Shown: positions 37,511 to 50,310, counted from the stretch's first letter. The stretch is 64,000 nt of DNA from Felis catus (GCF_018350175.1 NC_058368.1:185072001-185136000); one strand, 5' to 3'. Numbers and translations: made by a program. Notes: a model not told the origin generated them from the sequence alone.

Positions 37511-40020
37511 TCTTGGAAAGGGATTTCAGGCCTTTTGAGAAGTTTAAATTTTTCTTTTGTCTACAACTGATAATTAAACAATCTGCTAACCCTGGACAGG
37601 TAGTGTGATAGTAGAGATAAGACTTTGCTTTAGGTTGCTGTCCTGGGAATTACATAGTGCTGCTCTGAGCAGTAATGAAGAATACCTCTGGACAAGCAGT
37701 TAGACAGAGATGGTATTTCTCAGTAAGGAAAGGTACACTGACTTTGAGACAGTGAACACAGATACATATGTAAAAGCTTGCCTTCTGGCATATTTGAAGA
37801 TTCAGTTACAGGGCAAGAAAGACTAGAAAATCAGGAGTAGGGTTTATGTGCAACTGATTCCCACTTGCTGAGTTGTGTCAACAGAGTAGCTGTTTCTTAT
37901 CAAGTACTACGTCTTTGAATCAGGACTTCTGCAGAGTCATGAAATGATGGGGTTCATAGGTCAAAGTTCAAGGCTAAAGTGAGCCTTTGGGAGAGTATCT
38001 CTGAATTCTAGTATACTAAGTGTCCAAACTCACATTGGCACTTAGTCACCTACTCTCTTAAAGGATTTGCAAAATTGTTTCATGCATGTGACACTCATTC
38101 CTAAACTGTTTTTTAAGGAGTGACTCCTGACTGTTCTTTATTTTTCTTAAGGACTTAAATTACTTAATGGTTTTCCATGGCACTTTAATTTTATTTTGTC
38201 GTTTATCATGTTTCTTCCATTACAATGTTTGCTGTATGACAGATTTGTATGACAAATATTTCTCTTGTTCTGTGCTATAGGCCCAGTATTGAAATGGTGC
38301 CTGACCCAGAGTAAGAACTTAATAAATATTACTGATTAAAGAATAATACATGAAGGTGATACACAGGGTTCCTACTTTATTTCTCTCTTCCCACCTCACT
38401 TTCCTCTATTTCAGTTCCTAGAGTAGTGTTAAGACTTCAACATCAATCAAATGGAGGATGTGAAAATCAAGAGAGTATTTAAAAGTGCCCTTTGTATCTA
38501 TCTTTGAAGCACTCTGGGCTTGGCTAAGATTCTTCACTGTTGGCAACATGTGTAGAGTGGGTTTTAAAATAGGAATACCATTATATTCATCTTCCTGCTT
38601 GAAACCTTATGGCAAGTTCTTCCCAAACAGGGATGAAAATTAATATATTTCACCTTACCCTGTTCCAAACTCAGTGATTCCCTTATATTACTATTTTCAC
38701 TGCATCTCAAGTGAGCATTTTAGTTCGCATTTTAATATATTTGAAAAATGAATGTCTCTTACTATCGTTGGCATCTTAGCAATGTGTCATAGTTAATTTG
38801 TTTGATATGTCATACAAATGATAGATCTTAGATTCTGTGGAATATGGTATTTGGGTTTCTCATGCTTCCATTCTAGCATTTTTGAGAATTAATGAAATTA
38901 GTATTGTAGAAAGAAGATTTACGAACAAAAGAATTGAATTCATTTCTGCTAATTATGTGTGTGAAAATGGGCTGGAACTTTTCCCTTCTGGGTCTCTCTC
39001 TGAAGAATGGCATTGGAAGAAAGCATGGGTCTAATATTTTAGAGAGGTTATTTGTTGCTGTAAACAAACATAACTTAAGGGTTAAAGAAATTAACAGAAA
39101 GAATCATGAGTAGGCATGGAAATTAAGGGCAGAAAGTGGAGTTTGGCCTCATGAATTTCTAATAACCTGGAACTGGAAAATGGTCAAGATCTGAAGAAGG
39201 TATTTTTTTCCACTCTTTTCCCATCCCTTTCTCATTACACATGTGCTCTCTTCTTAAATTTGCTATTTTCTTTTTCTCCAATACCATGAACTCCTGCCTC
39301 TGGATTGGTATGCACATGATCAAAGATGGCTACTCTAGCTTCTAGTTCAACTCCAGAGACTAATTAGCATGTTTGAGGCTAAAGTCTAATATGATTTCCC
39401 ACCTTGGTTCAAGAATATGTACTTTATTAGGGAAGAATTATTTATTACAAACATGACTGAAAGGTCTACTCCAGTGTTTGGTGGGAATAAATTCTCAGAA
39501 GAGGGAACAAAAGCTGGGCAGGTTCTATAGTATCTAGGCTCTATGGTAGCTATACAGTCTCTTTTGTGTCTTCTGGCTCTAAAATTGGATGAACTACAGT
39601 GTTGGGAGGAATTGCCTTTTTAACATAATCCAGAACTTTTCTGCTAAAGAATGGTCTTGATGAGGGATTTCAGGAAGGAAAATCCTTTCCTTAATATTGT
39701 CTCAGTAATGAAAATCTTACTGATAACTCCTGGATTTTTTTCTTATTTAGTAAAAGGTCTTATGTAGGTGTGGCTGTCTTTCAAATTTGACACGAAGCCA
39801 AAGAGGAAAGGGCTTTAAAAAAGGCATTATAACTTCTAATTTTTTCAATTGAAATAATTAGCCAAATGATAATTATTTATCATTGTTAGATATTATTCTA
39901 TCATCAGAAAAAAAAAGAACACTTGAATCAAGCATCTTTCTGTAGAGTTTGTATTTATTGTCTTATTTTTATTGAGTGAAACACTTTAATCTTATTAATG
40001 GTTCCACTTACAGGTGGGAC

Positions 40021-40022
<2 letters not shown>

Positions 40023-40072
<50 letters not shown>

Positions 40073-40078
40073 TATGTG
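40023..40078. repeat. (GT)n microsatellite followed by a purine-rich tract to ~40165
   Basis: Direct reading. Confidence 0.95.
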
Positions 40079-41309
40079 ATAGAGAGAGACAGAGAGAGAA
40101 AAAAGGAGTGGGGGCAGGAGGTGGAGGAGGGAGAGAAGAAGGAGGAGAAGGGGGAAGAGGAGAGTAGCTAGAGCAAGGGAGGTTAGGCATTTATTGTGTT
40201 TCCACATTATTTCTATTAGATACTTGGGAAAAACCATTGTCCATGCTCATTCTTCTAGGATTTCTCATGTTTGGGGCAAGCAGAAAAACCAAGGTCACTA
40301 AATGTTGAGATAACCTGGGACAATTTCTCACTGTCCCAAGAGATCCTGGAATGAAAACTAATACTACTTGCATTTATGCACTATACTAGATTCTTTTTAT
40401 ATAGTAGTTTTAACACTCTTAGCAGCTTGGCCAACTATTATTATTCCCCAACTCATTTATAGAGAAAACCACAGCATAGAAATGGATAACTTGAGCTAGT
40501 TTACATAGCTAGCATGCAGTGATGCCAGGATTTGAACATGCACATGTCTGATTCCAGAAGATGAGTTCTAGTTTCAGTGCATGAATTGTACTTTCAACAC
40601 TTGTGAATTGGCTCTGAGATCTTAGGCAAGTCCTTTATCATTTCTGTGCTTCATTTTCATCAGGCATAATGTCTGTCAAATAGAAATGGCTCAAAAATAT
40701 CTGTTGAATTGAATTGCACACTCATTTACATACAAGGTTATTATGAGTATTGCTGGGAATAATATGTGTATAGAGCAGAGGGATTAAGAGTTTGGGCTTC
40801 TGGTCCATCTACATCACTCTGGATTTGTTTAATTTCTTTAAGGCTTGGTTTTCTCAATGACAGAAGGAAGGATAATTAGAAAACCGAGTCTTTAGATCAT
40901 TACAATGATTAGAAACTATTTTAAGAATATTTATCAGGAAGGTGTGCACATATCAGTTGCTCTACAAATTTCAACTATTACTATTACAAATGAAATTTTA
41001 AGTGGGCAAGGACTTGGACACTTTGAGTTTTGACAAAAGTGACGTTTGGACTTGGTATCAGTCCTTGCTCTGGTGGGCGGTGGTGGGATTATCCCATTTC
41101 AGGGTCTTTAAGACACACAAAACTCACATTTCCCTGTAGCAACTACTGCTTCTAGGCTTGTAAACAGTCTGAAGGCAAAAAGACAAGAATTCCAGCCATC
41201 ATTAGAAGGCGTGTAGTAGAAACTTTCTAGGATAGCAAATACATTTAATTTTCTGGTTGTCCTTACCTAAACACAATTAAATAACCCTAAATGTCTATGA
41301 CTTCCTTTC

Positions 41310-42703
41310 TTTTTTTTTATATGAAATTTATTGACAAATTGGTTTCCATACAACACCCAGTGCTCATCCCAAAAGGTGCCCTCCTCAATACCCATCACCC
41401 ATCCTCTCCTCCCTCCCACCCCCCATCAACCCTCAGTTTGTTCTCAGTTTTTAACAGTCTCTTATGCTTTGGCTCTCTCCCACTCTAACCTCTTTTTTTT
41501 TTTTTTTTCCTTCCCTTACCCCATGGGTTCCTGTTAAGTTTCTCAGGATCCACATAAGAGTGAAACCATATGGTATCTGTCTTTCTCTGTATGGCTTATT
41601 TCACTTAGCATCACACTCTCCAGTTCCATCCACGTTGCTACAAAAGGCCCTATTTCATTTTTTCTCATTGCCACGTAGAATTCCATTGTGTATATAAACC
41701 ACAATTTCTTTATCCATTCATCAGTTGATGGACATTTAGGCTCTTTCCATAATTTGGCTACTGTTGAGAGTGCTGCTATGAACATTGGGGTACAAGTGGC
41801 CCTATGCGTCAGTACTCCTGTATCCCTTGGATAAATTCCTAGCAGTGCTATTGCTGGGTCATAGGGTAGGTCTATTTTTAATTTTCTGAGGAACCTCCAC
41901 ACTGCTTTCCAGAGCAGCTGCACCAATTTGCATTCCCACCAACAGTGCAAGAGGGTTCCCGTTTCTCCACCTCCTCTCTAGCATCTATAGTCTCCTGATT
42001 TGTTCATTTTGGCCACTCTGACTGGCGTGAGGTGATACCTGAGTGTGGTTTTGATTTGTATTTCCCTGATAAGGAGCGACGCTGAACATCTTTTCATGTG
42101 CCTGTTGGCCATCCGGATGTCTTCTTTAGAGAAGTGTCTATTCATGTTTTCTGCCCATTTCTTCACTGGGTTATTTGTTTTTCGGGTGTGGAGTTTGGTG
42201 AGCTCTTTATAGATTTTGGATACTAGCCCTTTGTCCGATATGTCATTTGCGAATATCTTTTCCCATTCCGTTGGTTGCCTTTTAGTTTTGTTGGTTGTTT
42301 CCTTTGCTGTGCAGAAGCTTTTTATCTTCATAAGGTCCCAGTAATTCACTTTTGCTTTTAATTCCCTTGCCTTTGGGGATGTGTCGAGTAAGAGATTGCT
42401 ACGGCTGAGGTCAGAGAGGTCTTTTCCTGCTTTCTCCTCTAAGGTTTTGATGGTTTCCTGTCTCACATTTAGGTCCTTTATCCATTTTGAGTTTATTTTT
42501 GTGAATGGTGTGAGAAAGTGGTCTAGTTTCAACCTTCTGCATGTTGCTGTCCAGTTCTCCCAGCACCATTTGTTAAAGAGGCTGTCTTTTTTCCATTGGA
42601 TGTTCTTTCCTGCTTTGTCAAAGATGAGTTGGCCATACGTTTGTGGGTCTAGTTCTGGAGTTTCTATTCTATTCCATTGGTCTATGTGTCTGTTTTTGTG
42701 CCA
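41310..42703 (-). mobile_element. Young felid L1, 5'-truncated (~1.4 kb)
   Basis: Exact 14-bp TSD tatgacttcctttc at 41296-41309 and 42704-42717; poly(A), 3'UTR and ORF2 C-terminus. Confidence 0.98.
41543..42703 (-). pseudogene. L1 ORF2p C-terminal fragment ([14 protein letters not shown]...[21 protein letters not shown]...[13 protein letters not shown]...SLLCGS*), one in-frame stop
   Basis: ORFs 41978-42532 and 41543-41950 share a frame, separated by one TAG at 41978-41980 where the older copy at 52.8-53.0 kb has W (NRCWRG); includes the C-terminal Cys/His region. Confidence 0.95.
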
Positions 42704-43183
42704 TATGACTTCCTTTCAATGAGACTCAGAAGTCTGGAATTTGGTTGATCTGGGAAGAAGAAAATAGGGAGAAAATTAGAAACAAATATACTCTCATAAT
42801 CGGATTTTGAAAGATTCAGTGTTCAAGTATGTATTTGCTTAAAATTGACATCTACTGATATCTTTTAATGTAGAAAAGTGACTAATTCCCTCCTTTATGC
42901 TACAATTTGCAAAGAATTGGGCATTTTGTTACTTTTCTTTAATATATTACCACAAAATATGTGATGGAAGAAAGATTTGTCCACTCTTTAGGTAGTTATA
43001 TAAACTGCTTTAGAATTCTACTTAGATTTGGGAGTTTCATCCTATGGAATTATCTTTTGGTCATTTGCTTTTTTTTTTTTTTTTAATAAACTAATATTCC
43101 TTACCACTACTTGTTGGTAGACATCAGTCTTGAAGGCCCAACTAATTCCCCTTCATAGAATTTTATTTTGAAATTCCCCTCCC

Positions 43184-43384
43184 GGAAGGAAAATAAAAAC
43201 AGGTTAGAGTGGGAGAGAGCCAAAGCATAAGAGACTGTTAAAAACTGAGAACAAACTGAGGGTTGATGGGGGGTGGGAGGGAGGAGAGGATGGGTGATGG
43301 GTATTGAGGAGGGCACCTTTTGGGATGAGCACTGGGTGTTGTATGGAAACCAATTTGTCAATAAATTTCATATATAAAAAAAAA
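43184..43384 (+). mobile_element. Young felid L1 3'UTR-only insertion
   Basis: Exact 14-bp TSD gaaattcccctccc at 43170-43183 and 43385-43398; aataaa and poly(A). Confidence 0.97.
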
Positions 43385-44849
43385 GAAATTCCCCTCCCCA
43401 AACTGGCATGTATTTAGGGGGATATTAAAAAATTGCTGGTAATTTATGAATCGCCCTGCTGGGCAGGCAAGAATTAACCTTTTCCTCAATTATAAGACTA
43501 TAAATCTAATGGAGTGAAAAACAGGAGAATTTGTTGAAAGAGCTTATCAGACTCTGCTGTAACTATAAAGAATATGACATGAAGACATGCATCCTGAAGA
43601 ATTTAAAGAAAACATAATATATTTTTTATCTTTTCTATTTAATATCAGTATAGCTCACCTTGAGACTCTTACTGTTCATTTCGCCTATGGACAGTGGGTA
43701 AATATTCTGGACTGCAGTACTTAACAGTGAAAGATTGTGTGGTTTAAATTTTATGAGAAGAGATTATATTTCAGATGTGCTTTCTGAGGACTCAGACAGA
43801 AGCAGTTTTGCAAAAGTCCTCTTCAGTCTGAGAGCTGAAGGTGGAGCCGTTGTGCTATGTCCAAGAGGCATTCTCGGCGTTAACTCTTACAAACTTGTTT
43901 ATGCAATTCTAGAAAGGACATAGTCTAGCAAAAGAAAAAAAAAATTTTTTTTCTTTAACTCCTGGACTGCCACCTCGGATGGTTTAAGGAGGAGACTGGA
44001 TTATTGGGATTTCATAGGACATGGAACAACCAGCCAAAAGCTTGTTCAAGTTTGGACTTTGAAGTTTTTGCAGTGACTGTGGTTTGATGATTTCTGGAGG
44101 GTGGGATGAAACTGTCATCCTTCATCCACATCTTTGTGGGATTCCTCTGGAATTGTTCCTAAGGGCTTCAGTTTTACCATTTGTAAATCGAATGGGTTCT
44201 CTTAGCTATTTTCTCTGCTTCTTTTCCCTTAGAACATTGTGGGAGTCTAAGGTGTTTTTAAAGTGCTTTCTTCCCATCCAGATCAGCTTGCCCTCTGAAG
44301 AAATGTAGCTGCCCTACGTGTGAGGGCAAGCAAAGGAGAGAGTAAAAAAGGTATTACCTGTCAAATCCCTACTGTGTACTCAGAGCTTCACAGAGTTGTC
44401 TCATTTTCTTTCTAACAAGAACCCCGTGAAGTAGATATTACTAGTGCTTTTTCACAGATGGAGGAGCTCAAGCTCAGTAATATTAAGTATAATTATATAT
44501 TGAAGAAATGGCAGGTAGCGTTTTGGACCCAGCCCACTTTGATTCCAAGTTTGAAGGTATTTTCAATGTAACCAAAACTTTGTATCCACCTGCAATAGAA
44601 AATAAGGAAAGTAGTCTTTTTTTCTTGAAATGAATAGAGAGGGTTTAAATTAAAAACACATAGCATGAGCTTAAATTATGTGGAAATATTATTTTTCATC
44701 TATCAGAGTGGCAAAGATAATTAGCACATTGTTTTGACAAAGGAGTTACAGAAGAGGAACTCATACTATGGCTGGACTTTCCCTATATTTCACACATTTG
44801 GGAGATATTTAGACATTATTTATAATACTAGTTGTAAGCATCTTTGCTT

Positions 44850-46210
44850 AGTTGGTCTTTTATCAAGCTTTTCTTTTAGATGTGTCATTGTTTGACATAT
44901 CTTCCCCAATTTGACATTCTGGAAGTTTTTGAAGATAGTTTCTTCTAACACTTTTATGTTTCATAAAATCCTTCATTTTTTTTTTTTTTTGGAATTTTTT
45001 AAGGGATAAGATGGATCCAGCTTTCCAAATGGCTATCTAGTTGTCATTGCATAAGCCATCTTCTCTTACTGATTTGAGATGCTCTTTAACATATATGAAA
45101 TTTTTGTATGCATTTGGGTCCATTTTGGTACTTTCTATTCTACTGCATTGATTATATCTTCAGTGTGCTGCTACCACACTACTTTAATTGTAGTGTCTTT
45201 ATAATGTTTTAATGTCTTTTAATATTATGATTTTTTTCCTCAGGTATTTTTTCCCTGGGTATTCTTGCTTGTCTGTTGCTCCATAAAAATTTGGGAATTA
45301 ATATTGCCCTACATTTATAGATTAATTTAAGGAGAAGTAACATTTCTATGATGTTTAATCTCCCTATCTAAGAACATGGTATGCTTTTATTTGTTCATCT
45401 TTTTGGATTCCTCAAGAGCATTTAAAATTTTTCTCTATTTATATCTTGTGAGTTTCTCATAATATTTATTCTTATTTTATATTTTATTGCTATTGATTTT
45501 ACAGTATTTACTCCATTATTGTAAGTGGTTATTATTTGCAAATGTGAAAGGCAATGGTTTTGTATATTAAGTTTATTCCAGCCTACTTATTTGTATTTTC
45601 TTTATTGTGTACAGTTATTCAGTAGGAATAATTTTTTTCTCTGATATACCATCATATCATCTTCAAATATTAAACAACCTCACATTTTATTTGCACTGAG
45701 TAGAATATGAGAACAATAGTAAATAATTGAAGTGAGAGAGAACATCCATCTGTTTTGTCTTAGAATATAAGTAATTTTCTGATGTTCAACCAGCTCTGTA
45801 TTTCTGGATCCATCCCAATTGGTTATTATTTGAAGTTATTTTAATATATTGCTGAATTCATTTTGCTAATTATTTTTTATCCTCACAGTGAAACTGGTTT
45901 ATAATTTTCTTTTTTTATTACTCTCTTATTGGGTTTCATATCAAAATGATTATTGCTTCATAAAATGAACTGTGAAATTTTTAATTTTTTTCTGTGCTCT
46001 GAAACACTTTTTAACAAAGGAATTGTCTGTTCCTTGAAGGCTTGGGAAAATGTCCCTAAAACATAGATATTTCATTAACAACCTTTTCAATTTCTTGTAT
46101 TGTAATTAGTCTTACTGATTCAAGACACAATTTCCACAATATATATTCCAAGAGTACAGTCTATTTTATTTAGTGTTGTTGATATATTGGTACGAGGATA
46201 CACAGAATAT
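44850..46210 (-). mobile_element. Old L1M ORF2 relic
   Basis: Degraded antisense L1 motifs (atggctatctagttgtc, atttatagattaatttaaggagaagtaacatt, tgcttcataaaatgaactg). Confidence 0.65.
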
Positions 46211-46249
46211 TCCCTGACAATTTTTTGATGATGGAATATCACCATTTTC

Positions 46250-46952
46250 ACCCCTAATGAATTCATTGATGTAGGCAATGATTATCAATGGCTGTTATGT
46301 CACAAAAACAGAGAATCAGATCTTGACAGAAGTACATGATATCACCTATGAACTAAGTTGTCTTATCACATAATGGAATCTGATTCTTACGAAACTCTGG
46401 ATCTGACTGCCAATTTTCAGCAAAATGAAGACTACAGAGGAACATATTAAATTGAGGCTGTAGGATGTTATCAACAAAATCCAGAGTTTGGGCAAACCAC
46501 AGGACAAAAGACACCATTTCAACAAAAAATTATAGGGAAGAAGGGGGAGATAAAGAGAGAAGGGAAACTATTCATTAAAAGAAACTGAAAGACATTTCAA
46601 CCAATAACAATGTATGGTTCTTATATGGATTCAAACAAGCTAAAAAAATATAAGATCACTGGGAAGTACAAAAACAAATATGAATACTGAAAAGTATGAT
46701 GATGATATAGTGACCATCTTTAAAAATAGATGCTCCCTTTTAGTGATACATACTATTTACAGATGAAATAATTTGATGTCTGAGCTTTGCTTCAAAATCA
46801 TCTAGACTTGGGGGAGTGGATGGAGGATAGAGATGAAACAAAATTAGCCATGAGTTAGTAATTACCGAAGCTGGTTGATGGGTACATTCAGATTCATTAT
46901 TCTATTTTTTCTACTTTTGTACATATTTGAAAATTTCCAAAATAAAAACTAA
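46250..46952 (+). mobile_element. L1MC-type 3'UTR relic
   Basis: tatttacagatgaaataatttgatgtctgagctttgcttcaaaat...attattctattttttctacttttgtacatatttgaaaatttccaaaataaa. Confidence 0.75.
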
Positions 46953-47435
46953 AAATATCTTTGTATTCTAGTTATGTCCCCATTTCATGACTAATACTGG
47001 TTATTTGAAATTTTTTCTTCAAAATTGTGCAATTTTTTGCTTTGGTGCCTTTGTTAAGTATCAGCCATGTAAACTATGCCAGTACCACCCTTAGCTTTGT
47101 AGAAAATTTTGAAAATAGGTAGTGAAAGTCCTCTAACTTTGTTTTCTTTATTTTAAAATTGCTTTGGTTATTCTAGGTTATTGCATTTCTATATAAATTA
47201 TATTGCCTTGTCAATTATAAAAAAGAAAAAGAAGGAAAAGAAAAAGTATTGAAATTTTGACAATACTTGCATTATACTTATAGCCAGTTTGGGGAAATAT
47301 GACATTTCAACCATATTGAATCTTCCAATTAATAAGATATATTTACATCTGACTGTTTTTTGTGTTTAAGAAATTCAGCAATACTTTACAGGTTTTAGCC
47401 TACAGATTTTGATGTTTTTACTAAAATTATTCCTA

Positions 47436-47658
47436 GGGGCGCCTGGGTGGCGCAGTCGGTTAAGCGTCTGACTTCAGCCAGGTCACGATCTCGCGGTCTG
47501 TGAGTTCGAGCCCCACGTCGGGCTCTGGGCTGATGGCTCAGAGCCTGGAGCCTGTTTCCGATTCTGTGTCTCCCTCTCTCTCTGCCCCTCCCCCGTTCAT
47601 GCTCTGTCTCTCTCTGTCCCAAAAATAAATAAACGTTGAAAAAAAAATTAAAAAAAAA
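47436..47658 (+). mobile_element. Young felid SINE (SINEC_Fc-like)
   Basis: Exact 14-bp TSD taaaattattccta at 47422-47435 and 47659-47672; A-box tggcgcagtcgg, B-box gagttcgagcc. Confidence 0.97.
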
Positions 47659-47702
47659 TAAAATTATTCCTAATGCTTTTCTAATTACTAATTCTAAATT
47701 TA

Positions 47703-47806
47703 TTTTCATTTTTTAATTTAAATTTTAGTTAGCATATAGTGTAATATGGGCTTCAGGAGCTGAATTTAGTGATTCATCACTTACATTTAACACCCAGTGC
47801 TCAACA
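47703..47806 (-). mobile_element. Tiny carnivore L1 3'-terminal insertion
   Basis: ttagttagcatatagtgta...gattcatcacttacatttaacacccagtgctca; TSD taattctaaattta (47689-47702) / taattcttaattta (47807-47820). Confidence 0.85.
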
Positions 47807-48128
47807 TAATTCTTAATTTACTTTTGATGCTATTATAAATGGAATTAAAAAAATTTAAATCATTGAGTGCCAGATATATAAAAATACAAAATATTTTTGT
47901 ATATTATCCTTGAATTCTGCAGATATTCCAAATTTACTTTTTGGTTTAGAAGGTGTTTTATAGATTCCTTAGAATTTTCTATATAAATAGTAATGTCATT
48001 TATGAACACAGGCACTTTTACTTCTTCCTTTATAATCACTATACTTTTTATTTCTTTTGCTTACTTTTTTGCAATAGCTAGGATCACCACTTGAAGAGAA
48101 GTAGTAAGAATTGACATTTTGTCTTATT

Positions 48129-48139
48129 TATTTATTTGT

Positions 48140-48171
<32 letters not shown>

Positions 48172-48456
48172 ATATATGAAATTTATTGTCAAATTGGTTT
48201 CCATACAACACCCAGTGCTCATCCCAAAAGATGCCATCTTCAATGCCCATCACCTACCCTCCCCTCCCTCCCACCCCCCACCAACCCTCAGTTTGTTCTC
48301 AGTTTTTAACAGTCTCTTATGCTTTGGCTCTCTCCCACTCTAACCTCTTTTTTTTTTTTTTCCTTCCCCTCCCCCATGGGTTTCTGTTAGTGATGCAAAG
48401 TGAAATAAGCCATACAGAGAAAGACAGATACCATATGTTTTCACTCTTATGTGGAT
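48129..48456 (-). mobile_element. Felid L1 3' end with 5' inversion
   Basis: (TTTA)n tail, antisense 3'UTR to 48389, sense ORF2 tail 48390-48456 (VMQSEISHTEKDRYHMFSLLCG). Confidence 0.92.
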
Positions 48457-48467
48457 TCTTATTCTTT

Positions 48468-48681
48468 TTTTTTTTTTTCAACGTTTATTTATTTTTGGGA
48501 CAGAGAGAGACAGAGCATGAACGGGGGAGGGGCAGAGAGAGAGGGAAACACAGAATCGGAAACAGGCTCCAGGCTCTGAGCCATCAGCCCAGAGCCCGAC
48601 GCGGGGCTCGAACTCACGGACCGCGAGATCGTGACCTGGCTGAAGTCGGACGCTTAACCGACTGCGCCACCCAGGCGCCCC
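48468..48681 (-). mobile_element. Young felid SINE (SINEC_Fc-like)
   Basis: TSD tcttattcttt at 48457-48467 and 48682-48692; CpG-rich. Confidence 0.97.
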
Positions 48682-48749
48682 TCTTATTCTTTATTTAGTG
48701 AGAAAGTACTCAATATTTTACAGTTAAGTATGTTAGTACTGGGTTTTTT

Positions 48750-48783
48750 TGTTTGTTTGTTTGTTTGTTTGTTTGTTTGTTTT
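48750..48783. repeat. (GTTT)n microsatellite
   Basis: Direct reading. Confidence 0.9.
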
Positions 48784-49429
48784 ACAGATTCCCTATATCA
48801 GATGAAGGAAGATCTTTTCTGTTCTTAGCTGACTGAGGGTTTTAATCATGCGTCGGTGTTCTATTGTTCAAATGCTTATTCTTCGTCTATTATCATATGA
48901 ACTTTGATTTTTAGTGTGAATATGGTAAATTATATATGTAGATTTTCAAATGTTAAACCAACCTTGCATACCCTGATAACCTTTTTTACTAATGATGTAT
49001 CGTTTTTATGTATTGCTGAAAGCAATTTGACATTTAAAAAAGGTTATATTTGTATATATGTTTGTGAGGGATGTTTTTCTTTTTTTTGTCATATCTTTGT
49101 CCAGTTTTGCTATGAATATTATGTTGGCTTCATACAACAACTTGAGAAGTGCTTTTACCTTTTTAATTTTATGGTAGAGTGTGAGATTTATGTCATTTTT
49201 TCCTTAAATGTGTGACAAACTGTATCAGTGAAATTATCTGGGCCTATGGTTTGGGAATGATCTTAAATAATTCATTTATTTAAATAGGGGTATTCATATT
49301 TTCTGTTTCATCTTGTTTCAGTCATGGGAAGTTGTCATTTTCAGGAACTTTATTCTTTTCTTCTCAGTTGTTAAATTTTTTGGCATAAAATTGCTTATAT
49401 TGTTCTTTATCTTTTTAATTTCAGGTTTT

Positions 49430-49528
49430 TATTTTTTTAAATTCAGCTCTACACCAATGGGGGGCTTGAATTCAAACCTTAAAATCAAGGGTCACATATT
49501 CTACTGAATGAGCCAGCCAGGTACCCCC
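49430..49528 (-). mobile_element. Short tRNA-like Can-SINE
   Basis: ggggcttgaattcaaaccttaaaatcaagggtcacatattctactgaatgagccagccaggtacccc; flanks atttcag(g)tttt on both sides. Confidence 0.82.
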
Positions 49529-49614
49529 TTATTTCAGTTTTAGTGATAATTTTTACCCAGGATTAAAAAATTCTAACAGGACAAATTTTTTCTGTACTTT
49601 TAAACTTATTTTTT

Positions 49615-50310
49615 GTTTAAATAAGCTTTTAATTTTAGGGTGGTTTTAGATTTACATAAAAGATACAAAGATATTATAGGGTTTCCATATACCTCTCACT
49701 GTTTTTTCCTATTATTTATATCTTATATTCCATGGTATATTTGTCACCACTAAGGAATGAACACCAGTACATTACTAACTAATCTCTATACTTTATTCAA
49801 ATTTCAATAGTTTTTCCTTACTATTCCTTTTCTGTTCCAGTATCCCATCTGGGATACCACCATGTCTCTTTAGCTTCCCCTGATTTATGACAATTTCTTC
49901 GTCTTTCTTTCTTTCTTCCTCTTTCATGAGCTTAATAATTTTGAGGTCAAAGTTTTTTTTTTTTTATAGAATGTCTCTCAATTTGGATTTGTTTGAAGTT
50001 TTTTCCCTTGACTAACATATAGTTGTGGAAGGAAAATCACAGAGGTGAAATGCCATTCTTATTTTGTCATACCAAGAAAATATACTATCAGCATAATTTA
50101 TGACTCATGATGTTAACTTTGGTTATCTGGTGGAGGTAATATTTATCAGGATCTCCACTGTAAAATTACTTTTTCCCTCCTTCCATACTTCTAGTCTTTG
50201 GTAGCAAGTCACAAAGCACAGTTCACATTCATTGGTGGGGAGTGAAGCCCCACCTCCATGAGGGGTAAGTATTTACATAAATTATTTAGAATTCTGAATG
50301 GGAGATCAAT
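49615..50310 (-). mobile_element. L1MC/MD-type 3'UTR relic
   Basis: ttttagatttacataaaagatacaaagat...tcccatctgggataccac...tgatgttaactttggttatctggtggaggt...tatttacataaattatttagaattct. Confidence 0.75.

Larger units (their letters stand above)
47000..49400 (-). mobile_element. Old L1M ORF2 relic hosting several younger insertions
   Basis: tagccagtttggggaaatatgacatttcaaccatattgaatcttccaat; tatagattccttagaattttctatataaatagtaatgtcatttatgaa; ttaaaccaaccttgcat. Confidence 0.7.

Noticed and set aside
42381..42722. 113-aa plus-strand ORF
   Set aside because: Antisense frame of L1 ORF2.
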